A stretch of 29,042 nt of DNA from a candidate division WOR-3 bacterium (GCA_039803805.1 JBDRZF010000001.1:1-29042); one strand, 5' to 3'. Positions 16,083 to 24,850 are shown, counted from the stretch's first letter. The notes: a model not told the origin generated them from the sequence alone. Translations and numbers: made by a program.

Positions 16083-18476
16083 GTGAAGATGGGAGAGTAT
16101 TTAATTTTAAATTTAATTTTGTTTAACATTTTAATTTCGCAGGTTCCAAGAGAAAGATTTGAAGGAAAAATAAAAGGAACAATAATTGATAAGGAGACAA
16201 ATGAGCCTCTTGAATATGCAAGTATTTCTTTATTCAGGGAAAAGGATTCAACATTTATAATAGGGGTATTATCAGATAAAAATGGTGAATTTTTAATAAA
16301 TGTTGAAAGACCAGGGATTTATTTTTTAAGAATAACATTTCTTGGTTATGAGAAAAGGGAAATACATTCATTAAGAATAACTCCTGAAAACAGAATTTTA
16401 GATATTGGCAAAGTATATCTTGAGGTTTCTGGAATTTTATTAAAAACACAAGAAGTAATTGCTGAACCACTTCCAATAACTTATAAGGTTGATAAAAAAG
16501 TTATAGAAGTAAGTAAAATGGGATTTTTATCAGGGAATGCAGTTGATATATTAAAGAATGTTCCATCAGTGAGTGTTGATATTGAAGGGAATGTAAAATT
16601 GAGGGGAAGTGAAAATTTTTTACTCTATATAGATGGAAGACAGTCTCTTCTTGACCCAAACGATGCATTAAAACAAATCCCTGCATCATCAATTGAAAAA
16701 ATTGAAATAATAACAAATCCATCTGCAAGATATGAAGCAGAAGGAACTTCCGGAATAATAAATATAATTCTTAAAAAGGGGAAAATTGAAGGTTTAAATG
16801 GAATTATAAATTCAAGTATAGGAGTTAATGAAAAATACGGAGGAGATTTTATTTTGAATTATAAAAAAGGAAAAATAAACACATTTATAAGTTTGAATTA
16901 TAATAAAAGAAAATTTTCAGAAAAGATAAATTCAGAAAGGGAAATAAATGAGAAAAAAATAAATTCTGATGGTTCTTCATCAAGAATATTCAATCCATTC
17001 AATATAAGAACAGGTATTGATTTAAACATTAAAGAAAAAAATTTATTTGGTGTTGGATTAAATTATGGAATATGGAATATGCAAAATAGGAATTTCTCAG
17101 AATACAATGAAATTTTTGATACACAGATTATAAATTATAAAACAGAGGGATATTTTAAAAGAAAGGGTCCTTTCTTTGAAATTGTTTTAAATGACTTACA
17201 AAAATTTAAAAAAGAGGAAGATAAACTTTTTACAGAATTTGTATACTCCTATAGAGAGGGAAATGAAGAAAATAGAACTTATAAAATGGATAGTTTGGAT
17301 ATGATATTGAATGGAAACAAGAGAATTGAAGAAGGAACTTCAAATAGATTTTCAGGGAGAGCAGAATATACAAAATCTTTTAAAGAAAATTTTAAATTTG
17401 AAACAGGGTTTAGAGGGGAATATGGGATAAGTAAAGATATGAGCAATTTCTATAATTATAAAGATGGAAATTTTGAAATTGTTGATAGTTTTTGCCATAG
17501 TGTAAAATATCTCAATAATATTCAGGCAATTTATTCTTTATTATCAGGAGAGTTTAAGAATACAGGATATCAAATTGGTTTAAGGATTGAATATAATAAT
17601 AGAAAAATAGAGTATGCTGATACAAATTTAAAATATATCTTTGAAAAAATTGATTATTTTCCAACAATTCATTTTTCCCATAGATTTTTAAAATTAAGGG
17701 AAACATTTTTAAGTTATTCAAGAAGGATTTCAAGACCAAGAGATTTCTGGCTTGAACCACTTTTAACATGGATGGACCCTTATAATTTAAGAAAAGGGAA
17801 TCCTGATTTAAAACCAGAATATATTGATAATTTTGAAACAGGTATAACAACACCATTTTTGAAAGGTTCTTTAACATTTGAAACATACTATAGAATAACT
17901 TATAATAAATTTGAAAGAATAAGAATTCCCTATGGAGATTCTGCTTTCCTTCATACAGTTATTAATTCAGGAAAATTATTCTCTTATGGAGGAGAAATAT
18001 CCTTTAATAAAAATATTTTTAAGTTAATGAATATGAATCTTGTTCTTGATTTCTATGGTTATAAATTTAAAGGAAAGATTTATGATGAAAAAATTACAAA
18101 AGGGGATATAAATTATAATTTAAGGTTTAATTCAAATATTTTTATGCCCTTTTCTTCTCGCTTACAATTAATCTTTGTTTATCATAGTCCACCGGTTTCG
18201 GCACAGGGAAAAGAAAAGGAATTTATTACCTTTGATTTTTCAATTCAAAAATTCTTCTTAAACAAAAATTTATCCCTCAATTTAGAAGTAAGAAATCTTT
18301 TTAATACTTTAAAAAGGGGATTTGAAATAAAAGAAGAAAATTATAAGTATATTCAAACATTTAAGCAGGAATCAGGAGTATTAATACTTACAATGAGTTA
18401 TAACTTTAACAACTATAAACCTGAAAGAAAGATTAAAAAAGAGATAGAAGAAGAAAGAGAAGAATTTGAATATTAA
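16083..18476 (+). CDS. TonB-dependent outer-membrane receptor with N-terminal carboxypeptidase-regulatory-like domain
   Basis: GKIKGTIIDKETNEPLEYASI, plug motifs VDILKNVPSVSVD and IEKIEIITNPSARYEAEGTSGIINIILKK, barrel motifs SYSRRISRP and GNPDLKPE, and last strand LTMSYNF followed by a short acidic tail. Confidence 0.9.
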   Translation: MKMGEYLILNLILFNILISQVPRERFEGKIKGTIIDKETNEPLEYASISLFREKDSTFIIGVLSDKNGEFLINVERPGIYFLRITFLGYEKREIHSLRITPENRILDIGKVYLEVSGILLKTQEVIAEPLPITYKVDKKVIEVSKMGFLSGNAVDILKNVPSVSVDIEGNVKLRGSENFLLYIDGRQSLLDPNDALKQIPASSIEKIEIITNPSARYEAEGTSGIINIILKKGKIEGLNGIINSSIGVNEKYGGDFILNYKKGKINTFISLNYNKRKFSEKINSEREINEKKINSDGSSSRIFNPFNIRTGIDLNIKEKNLFGVGLNYGIWNMQNRNFSEYNEIFDTQIINYKTEGYFKRKGPFFEIVLNDLQKFKKEEDKLFTEFVYSYREGNEENRTYKMDSLDMILNGNKRIEEGTSNRFSGRAEYTKSFKENFKFETGFRGEYGISKDMSNFYNYKDGNFEIVDSFCHSVKYLNNIQAIYSLLSGEFKNTGYQIGLRIEYNNRKIEYADTNLKYIFEKIDYFPTIHFSHRFLKLRETFLSYSRRISRPRDFWLEPLLTWMDPYNLRKGNPDLKPEYIDNFETGITTPFLKGSLTFETYYRITYNKFERIRIPYGDSAFLHTVINSGKLFSYGGEISFNKNIFKLMNMNLVLDFYGYKFKGKIYDEKITKGDINYNLRFNSNIFMPFSSRLQLIFVYHSPPVSAQGKEKEFITFDFSIQKFFLNKNLSLNLEVRNLFNTLKRGFEIKEENYKYIQTFKQESGVLILTMSYNFNNYKPERKIKKEIEEEREEFEY

Positions 18477-18487
18477 ATTCTAAAATT

Positions 18488-20749
18488 CTAAAATTCTAAT
18501 AAAAATGGCAGCATATAAAGATAGTTTTCATTTAAAAGAAAAGGTGAATTTAAACTTGTTTTTTCAAAGGTTTTTAAAGGGCTCCACCATTTTATTTCAG
18601 GGTATTGAATTACTTTTACATCTCCTTTAATCTTTGCGATTCTTTTTGCTTCTTCAATTGCATCAAGGATACCACCTGTTTCATCAATCAATTTTATATT
18701 TTTTGCATCCTCACCTGAATATATCCTTCCCTGTCCAAGGGAATCAACTTTTTCAAAGGGAATATTTCTTGAAATACTTACCCTTTTAACAAACTCTTTG
18801 TATCCCCATTCAATCTCTTTTTTGAAAATTTCTCTTTCTTTTTCATCAAATTTCCTTGTAAAGGTGAAAGCATCTGCATGTTCCCTTGTTTTTACCCTGT
18901 CAAACTTTATTCCAAATTTTTCAAAGAATTCTTTAAGAACAAATTTTCCACCAAGTATGCCTATTGAACCTGTTAATGTTGTTTTATCTGCATAAATCTT
19001 ATTTGCAATACAGGATATATAATATCCACCTGAAGCAGCAACCTGACCCATTGAAACAACAACTGGTTTTTTCTCCTTTAACCTTCTTATTGCATCCCAT
19101 ATGATTTCAGAGGCAAGAGCAGAACCACCAGGGGAGTTAACCCTGCATACAACTGCCTTTATGCTCTTATCCTTCTCAATCTTTTCTATCAATTTGCTCA
19201 TAGTTTCAGAACCAAGATTTTTGCCACCAATTATAGGGATTGGATTTTTTGAACTCTCACCAACTATTATACTTCCTTCCATTGACAATATTGCAATTTT
19301 CGGTCTTTCATCTTTAAATTCCCTCATCAAATATTTCTTTTTCAAAATCCTATCAGAATCAAAAATTAAAGGTTTTTTACCATACCATCTTTTAATGAGT
19401 TCTGGAACATCCCTTTCAAATCCTTCTTCATCACAGAGTCCTTCTTTTACTGCATTTTCTGAATTGAAATACCCTTTATCCATAATTTCATTTATTTTTT
19501 CTTTTGATAAATTTCTACCTTCATTAATATTTTTAATTATCAAATTTTCAACATCTTTCAAAAATTCAATTCTCTGCTCTTTATCCTCAGGTGACATATC
19601 TTCCCTTAAAAGTGGCTCAACAGCAGATTTGTATTTACCAATTCTTTCAAACTCTGGTTCAATACCTATTTTTTCAAACATCTTTTTTAAATATATGTTT
19701 TCCATATAAAGACCGGGGATAAAAACTTCACCATTTGGAACTATAATTATTTTATCAGATATTGAAGCAATCATATAGTTTATGATTCCAAAACTTTCTC
19801 CAATTGACACAATCTTTTTACCCTTTGATTTTATCTCTTTTAATAAATTATAAATTTCTTCTGCCTGAGAAGGAGTTAAACTTGGATTTTTAAAAACAAT
19901 TATTATTCCTTCAACATATTTTTCTTTTTCTATTTTCTTTAATTCACTGAGTAAATCATAAAAGGATTTTTTTAATTTAAATTTTAAAAATCCTTCAAAT
20001 TCCCTTTCCTCAGGATAATCACCTTTAAGTTCTATCCTTACCCATTTTTTCCTTTCAGGGAAAATCGTTGGATATATTTCCCTTGATAAAATAAATCCAC
20101 CTGAATATCTTGTTTTTTCCTTTTCTTTAAATCTACCTGTAAAGAATGTTTTTATATTTCCAAAAGAAATTTCTATTCCACCAAAATATCTTTTAAGAGA
20201 ATTTCTTTCAATTCTTGCCCCTCCATAAACATATATTCCATCAAATATTTCATAAATAGCCTGATAAAGACTATAATTTGTTATTCTCCAGAAATTAAAA
20301 TCTGCTGAAAATGTTATTCTATCAGTAAATGGTCTTAAAGATGCGCTTAATGTTAAAGAAGTATCGTAATTTTGAATTAAACTAAAAGTTCCACCAAATC
20401 TTAAAATTTTAAATGGAGAAAAGATGAAGCCAAACTTATTTTCCTTTAAATCACCAAAGGAATAGGAATAACCAATTGAAAAATTTTCACCAAAGGGAAT
20501 ACCAATTGAAAAGGAATATATCTCTGTTTTAAGATAATCTGTAAAGGAAAAACCAAAATTATTAAAAGAAGAGGAAAGATAATATATGGGTTTATCTTTA
20601 GTTTCTCTTATATTGAAATAAAATTCATATCCGGGCTGAATTCCAAGACCTGCAGGATTTAAAATTGCTCCTGAGCTTCTTATAGATGTTGATACAGAAT
20701 TAGAAAATGGTGAAAATAAAATATTTAGATATAAAATTAAACTATACAT
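18488..20749 (-). CDS. sppA: Signal peptide peptidase SppA (67K tandem type) with an extra N-terminal ~220-aa beta-barrel-like domain
   Basis: Catalytic Lys motif GKYKSAVE, RVNSPGGS, catalytic Ser motif SMGQVAASGGYYIS, TGSIGI and GQGRIYSG. Start placed at ATG 20749 (AGGAGG 5 nt upstream) rather than GTG 20755. Confidence 0.9.
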   Translation of the reverse strand: MYSLILYLNILFSPFSNSVSTSIRSSGAILNPAGLGIQPGYEFYFNIRETKDKPIYYLSSSFNNFGFSFTDYLKTEIYSFSIGIPFGENFSIGYSYSFGDLKENKFGFIFSPFKILRFGGTFSLIQNYDTSLTLSASLRPFTDRITFSADFNFWRITNYSLYQAIYEIFDGIYVYGGARIERNSLKRYFGGIEISFGNIKTFFTGRFKEKEKTRYSGGFILSREIYPTIFPERKKWVRIELKGDYPEEREFEGFLKFKLKKSFYDLLSELKKIEKEKYVEGIIIVFKNPSLTPSQAEEIYNLLKEIKSKGKKIVSIGESFGIINYMIASISDKIIIVPNGEVFIPGLYMENIYLKKMFEKIGIEPEFERIGKYKSAVEPLLREDMSPEDKEQRIEFLKDVENLIIKNINEGRNLSKEKINEIMDKGYFNSENAVKEGLCDEEGFERDVPELIKRWYGKKPLIFDSDRILKKKYLMREFKDERPKIAILSMEGSIIVGESSKNPIPIIGGKNLGSETMSKLIEKIEKDKSIKAVVCRVNSPGGSALASEIIWDAIRRLKEKKPVVVSMGQVAASGGYYISCIANKIYADKTTLTGSIGILGGKFVLKEFFEKFGIKFDRVKTREHADAFTFTRKFDEKEREIFKKEIEWGYKEFVKRVSISRNIPFEKVDSLGQGRIYSGEDAKNIKLIDETGGILDAIEEAKRIAKIKGDVKVIQYPEIKWWSPLKTFEKTSLNSPFLLNENYLYMLPFLLEF

Positions 20750-20788
20750 AAACACCTCCTTTAATTTCCCTCCTTTATAATTATATAA

Positions 20789-20815
20789 TACGGCTTAAAA
20801 AAAGAAAAAGTTTCA
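20789..20815 (-). promoter_or_regulatory. Candidate ECF-sigma (sigmaW-like) promoter for sppA: TGAAAC-N17-CGTA
   Basis: Exact TGAAAC (20815-20810) and CGTA (20792-20789) with spacer TTTTTCTTTTTTTAAGC, in the 73-bp rtcB-sppA gap. Confidence 0.65.
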
Positions 20816-20828
20816 AACCTTTAAATTT

Positions 20829-22286
20829 TTATCCTTTTACAACACCAAAAGGAACTAATCTTGCAACTTTCTTTGAAATTCCTGCCCCATGAACAACCTC
20901 AACAACCATATCTAAGTTTTTATATGCCTCTGGTATTTCTTCCCATACTGTTTCTTTTGATGCAGCCTTTAATTTTACCCCCACTTTTTTAAGTTCTGCT
21001 TCAATATCCCTTCCTTTTGCCCTTTTTATTGCTGCACTCCTTGATAAAACCCTTCCTGCACCATGGCATGTTGAACCAAAGGTTTCTTCCATTGCTTTTT
21101 CTGTTCCAACAAGAATATATGAGCCTGTTCCCATGCTTCCAGGAATTAGAACAGGCTGACCTATATCTTTATAGCAATCTGGAACATCTTTATGATTTTT
21201 AGGGAATGCCCTTGTTGCACCTTTTCTGTGAACAATAACACTTTTTTCTTTATTATCTATTATATGAATCTCCCTTTTTGCAATATTATGAGCAACATCA
21301 TATATCATTTTCATTCCAAGTTCTTCGGAAGATTTACCAAAAACTTTTTCAAAACTTTCCCTTACCCAGTGGGCTATCATTTGCCTGTTGCACCATGCAT
21401 AATTTGCTGCACATATCATTGCAGAAAAGTAATCCTGTCCTTCTGGTGATTTAAATGGTGCACAGGCAAGTTGTTTATCAGGTAAAGAAATCTTATATTT
21501 TTCCATTGCCCTCATCATAACCTTAATATAATCATCTGCTATCTGATGCCCAAGTCCTCTTGAGCCACAGTGAATCATTATACATACATTTCCTTCAAAA
21601 AGCCCCATTTTTTCAGCAATCTCTTTATCAAATATTTTTTCAACTTTCTGAAGTTCAAGAAAATGGTTACCTGAACCAAGACTGCCAAGTTGAGGCAATC
21701 CCCTTTCAATTGCCCTTCTTGAAACCTTATCAGGATTTGCTCCTTTCATCTCTCCTTTTTCTTCTGTTCTTTCAAGGTCCTCTTTCCATCCAAAACCTCT
21801 TTCAACTGCCCATCTTGCCCCTTTTACCATCACCTCTTTTAATTCTCTTTCACTCACCTTAATTTTACCTTCTGAGCCAACACCTGATGGAACATTGTAA
21901 AATAATGAATCAAGTAATTTATCAAGGTATTTTAAAACTTCTTCATATTTTAAATCTGTTCTTAAAATCCTTACTCCACAGTTTATATCATAACCTACAC
22001 CACCAGGTGATATAACCCCTTCATCTTCATCCATTGCAGCAACACCACCTATTGCAAATCCATATCCCCAGTGAATATCTGGCATTGCAAGGGAATATTT
22101 TTGAATTCCTGGTAATGTTGCAACATTTGCAACCTGCTCAGGTGCCATATCTTGCAATATTGAATCTATCATTTTTGAAGATGCATATATTATTCCATCA
22201 ACCCTCATAGAAGGTTTATAACTTTTTGGAATTCTCCATCTGTATTCATCAATCTTTTCTAATGGACCTTTCCACACCTTTTCCAT
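20829..22286 (-). CDS. rtcB: RNA-splicing/repair ligase RtcB (archaeal/thermophile type, no intein)
   Basis: MPDIHWGYG, VGYDINCGVR (metal Cys), GSGNHFLE, IHCGSRG, HRKGAT, HGAGR (guanylylated His) and the C-terminal VVKG. Confidence 0.97.
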   Translation of the reverse strand: MEKVWKGPLEKIDEYRWRIPKSYKPSMRVDGIIYASSKMIDSILQDMAPEQVANVATLPGIQKYSLAMPDIHWGYGFAIGGVAAMDEDEGVISPGGVGYDINCGVRILRTDLKYEEVLKYLDKLLDSLFYNVPSGVGSEGKIKVSERELKEVMVKGARWAVERGFGWKEDLERTEEKGEMKGANPDKVSRRAIERGLPQLGSLGSGNHFLELQKVEKIFDKEIAEKMGLFEGNVCIMIHCGSRGLGHQIADDYIKVMMRAMEKYKISLPDKQLACAPFKSPEGQDYFSAMICAANYAWCNRQMIAHWVRESFEKVFGKSSEELGMKMIYDVAHNIAKREIHIIDNKEKSVIVHRKGATRAFPKNHKDVPDCYKDIGQPVLIPGSMGTGSYILVGTEKAMEETFGSTCHGAGRVLSRSAAIKRAKGRDIEAELKKVGVKLKAASKETVWEEIPEAYKNLDMVVEVVHGAGISKKVARLVPFGVVKG

Positions 22287-22287
22287 T

Positions 22288-23139
22288 TTATACCTCCTTC
22301 TCCCTGTTTTCTATAAGTTTTTCATAAATTTTAAAGTAAAATTTGCCTGGTTTTCCATTTCCTATTTTATAATCATCAATCTCAACAACAGGTAAAATAT
22401 CTATTGAAGTTCCTGAAATAAAAATTTCATCAGATAAAAATATATCATGAAAATAAATTCTTTTTTCATAAAATCTTAATTTTAAATCATTGATTGCCTC
22501 TATAACTTCTTTTCTTGTAATTCCTTCTAAAATTCCATTCAAAGGCGGAGTAAAAATAACATCATCTTTAACAATAAAAATATTTGCAGATGAAGCCTCT
22601 TTAACTTCAAGGTCTTCTTTAAAAAGTATAGCATCCCTTTTACCTTTCCTTTTTGCCCTTTCCCTTGCAATTGCATTTGGAAGTAAATTTACCGTTTTTA
22701 TATGGACATTTTTCCATCTTTCATCAAAATGGGTAATACATTTAATTCCACTCTTTCTTATTTCATCAGGAACAGGAATAAATTCCCTTGCAGTTATAAC
22801 AATTTGGGGATAAATTTTTTCAGGAAATGTATGTTCCCTTTTTGAAACCCCTCTTGAAATTTGTAAATAAAGCAAAACTTTTTCATATTTTGTCTTTTTT
22901 GCTATATCTAATAAAATTTTTTTTGTTTTTTCAAAATCTAAATCAAAGGGTATTTCAAGAAGTTCCAGATTCCTTTTAAGCCTTTCAAGATGGTCATAAA
23001 GCCTTATTATCCTTCCCTTTTCATATCTCATTGCTTCATAAACAGCATCTCCGTATTGATAACCCCTATCTTCAACATGGATTTTATATGCCTTTTCAAG
23101 TAAATAGATTTTACCGTTTATATAGGCAAGATCAGGCAT
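22288..23139 (-). CDS. dat: Class IV PLP aminotransferase, D-amino-acid transaminase-like
   Basis: EDRGYQYGDAVYEA, LYLQISRG...REH, HIKTVNLLPN (PLP Lys), EASSANIF, ILEGITR and SGT. The motifs are closer to DAT than to IlvE, but substrate assignment is inferred. Confidence 0.75.
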   Translation of the reverse strand: MPDLAYINGKIYLLEKAYKIHVEDRGYQYGDAVYEAMRYEKGRIIRLYDHLERLKRNLELLEIPFDLDFEKTKKILLDIAKKTKYEKVLLYLQISRGVSKREHTFPEKIYPQIVITAREFIPVPDEIRKSGIKCITHFDERWKNVHIKTVNLLPNAIARERAKRKGKRDAILFKEDLEVKEASSANIFIVKDDVIFTPPLNGILEGITRKEVIEAINDLKLRFYEKRIYFHDIFLSDEIFISGTSIDILPVVEIDDYKIGNGKPGKFYFKIYEKLIENREKEV

Positions 23140-23151
23140 CTATTTTAAAAA

Positions 23152-23355
23152 TTATTCTTGCTTTTTATATGTGCTTATTTTAAAAATTGTGTAAATAGGA
23201 CAATAATTAAACAACGATGTCAAAACAAGTATACCTCCTATAATTATTAAAATCCATTTAAAACCACCTCTTATTGAAAAGGCACCGAGCCCAAAAAGGA
23301 TTGCACCTATTATAAGTCTTATCCAACTATCAATATTTCCAACATTTCTTTTCAT
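23152..23355 (-). CDS. DUF2892 (YgaP-like) small membrane protein
   Basis: MKRNVGNIDSWIRLIIG...two TMs...NYCPIYTIFKIST. Start moved to ATG 23355, which has GGGAGG SD and lies 1 nt after the PDO stop. Confidence 0.85.
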   Translation of the reverse strand: MKRNVGNIDSWIRLIIGAILFGLGAFSIRGGFKWILIIIGGILVLTSLFNYCPIYTIFKISTYKKQE

Positions 23356-23356
23356 T

Positions 23357-24013
23357 TTAACCTCCCTTTGTTGCCTTTTCAAGATTTTCAATAAAATATC
23401 CCTCTGGAACTGCTCCTTCAAATTCAATATTTTCATTTATAACTGTCTTTGGAACACCAAAAACATTATATTTTTCACCGAGTTCTGGAAATTCAATAAC
23501 TTCTATAATATTTGTTTTTATATTCTTATTCTCAAAGGCAACTTTATTTGCAAGTATAACCATTCTTGGGCAATAGGGACAAGACGGTGTAACAAATACT
23601 TTAATATTTATTTCCTTGTCAATATTTTTTAACTTTTCTTTAACATTTTCACTTAGCCCTGAATCACTTTTTGAAACCATTACAATTGTTTCTATTAACG
23701 AAGTGAATTCATAACCTGAAGGAATTCCATAAAATCTTATTCCGGTATCTTCGCCATTTCCCTTTAAAAAAACTATTGCAGGAACCCTTTCAATTCCATA
23801 TTCTTTAACGTCTTCTTCATCAGATAAAAAATTTTTTATCTCCAGAGTTATTTTATCAGAAAGTTCTGAAACTTCTTTAAGTATCATTTCTGTATCTGGA
23901 CAATATTCACAATTTATTTTTTGCGTAAAAAGGATTATCTTTATGTTATCTTTCATCTCTTTATCAAAGTAATTTTTTACTATTTCTCTTTGTTCTTCAT
24001 TTAAGAGCGTCAT
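23357..24013 (-). CDS. Protein-disulfide oxidoreductase (two thioredoxin/glutaredoxin folds)
   Basis: CEYC and CPYC active sites, ERVPAI, RFYGIPSGYEF and GVPKTVIN; GGGAGG SD. This family is typical of (hyper)thermophiles. Confidence 0.92.
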   Translation of the reverse strand: MTLLNEEQREIVKNYFDKEMKDNIKIILFTQKINCEYCPDTEMILKEVSELSDKITLEIKNFLSDEEDVKEYGIERVPAIVFLKGNGEDTGIRFYGIPSGYEFTSLIETIVMVSKSDSGLSENVKEKLKNIDKEINIKVFVTPSCPYCPRMVILANKVAFENKNIKTNIIEVIEFPELGEKYNVFGVPKTVINENIEFEGAVPEGYFIENLEKATKGG

Positions 24014-24039
24014 ATTTTAACCTCCCATTTAAAAACTTA

Positions 24040-24068
24040 ATAATAATGTAATTTATTAAAAATTTCAA
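24040..24068 (-). promoter_or_regulatory. sigma70 promoter for PDO-DUF2892-dat-rtcB (TTGAAA-17-TATTAT)
   Basis: Hexamers at 24068-24063 (overlapping the corC-like stop) and 24045-24040, followed by a ~20-nt leader with SD. Confidence 0.6.
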
Positions 24069-24850
24069 GTTAATTTTCTCACTTTAACAAACTTTATCCT
24101 CTGTGGAGTCCCTTCAACAATTTCAAATTCAAGATTTTTATATAAAAACTTTTCTCCTTTCTCAGGAACCCTTTTTAAAAAAGAGATAATAAAACCACCA
24201 AGAGAAAAAACATCTTTTTCTTCTAAAGAAACATTTAACAATTTTTCAACCTCTTTTATACTCATTTTTGAATGGAATATATAACTTCCATCAGAAAGAA
24301 TTTTATAGAGAGTCTCTGGCTTATCAAATTCATCATGGATTTCTCCAACTATCTCTTCAAGAAGGTCTTCCATTGTAACCAGACCTTTTATATTTCCAAA
24401 TTCATCAACAACTATTGCTATTGAAATTCTATTTTTTTGCATGTATGAAAAGGCGTCAAAAAGTTTTTTATATTCAGGAATAAAATGGGCTTCCTGCACA
24501 AGTTCTTTTACTTTTAAATTTAAATTCTCCACATTTTTTAAAATATCCTTTATATGTAAAATGCCAATAACCTCATCTTCTTTTTCTCCTAATACAGGCA
24601 TCTTTGAAAAACCTTCTCTTTTAAAAATTTCAATTGCTTCTTTTAAAGTCATATTTTCTCTTAAATAAACCATATCTACTCTTGGCACAAGTATTTCTCC
24701 AACACTCTTTTCTTTTGCCTTTAAAATTTTTAAAATGAATTCACTTTCTAACTCACTTATCCTTTTTCTTTTATTAAGCGATAAAAGAAGTTTCTCTATT
24801 AATTCTATCTCATCCCTTTTTTTGAAAATTTTATTAAAAAATTTAATCAA
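24065..24850 (-). CDS. CorC/HlyC-family protein (CBS pair + CorC_HlyC domain, no CNNM TM domain)
   Basis: EILVPRVDM, FSKMPV, AIVVDEFG...GLVTMEDLLEEIVGEIHDEFD, SLGGFI and RIKFVKV. TTG start overlaps the upstream TGA. Confidence 0.88.
   Translation of the reverse strand: MIKFFNKIFKKRDEIELIEKLLLSLNKRKRISELESEFILKILKAKEKSVGEILVPRVDMVYLRENMTLKEAIEIFKREGFSKMPVLGEKEDEVIGILHIKDILKNVENLNLKVKELVQEAHFIPEYKKLFDAFSYMQKNRISIAIVVDEFGNIKGLVTMEDLLEEIVGEIHDEFDKPETLYKILSDGSYIFHSKMSIKEVEKLLNVSLEEKDVFSLGGFIISFLKRVPEKGEKFLYKNLEFEIVEGTPQRIKFVKVRKLT

Noticed and set aside
16081-16086. ATG-TGA start-stop mini-ORF at the predicted TBDR transcription start
   Set aside because: It is too likely to arise by chance and cannot be assessed without TSS or ribosome-profiling data.
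18474-18497. Short tandem repeat TAAAATTC (two exact copies plus one 7-nt copy) at the TBDR/sppA convergent junction
   Set aside because: It could be a duplication scar, but it is very short and AT-only, partly encodes the sppA end, and no mobile element is nearby.
21970-21995. Known RtcB intein insertion point (GYDIN/CGVR)
   Set aside because: The motif is contiguous and the protein has normal length (485 aa), so no intein is present.
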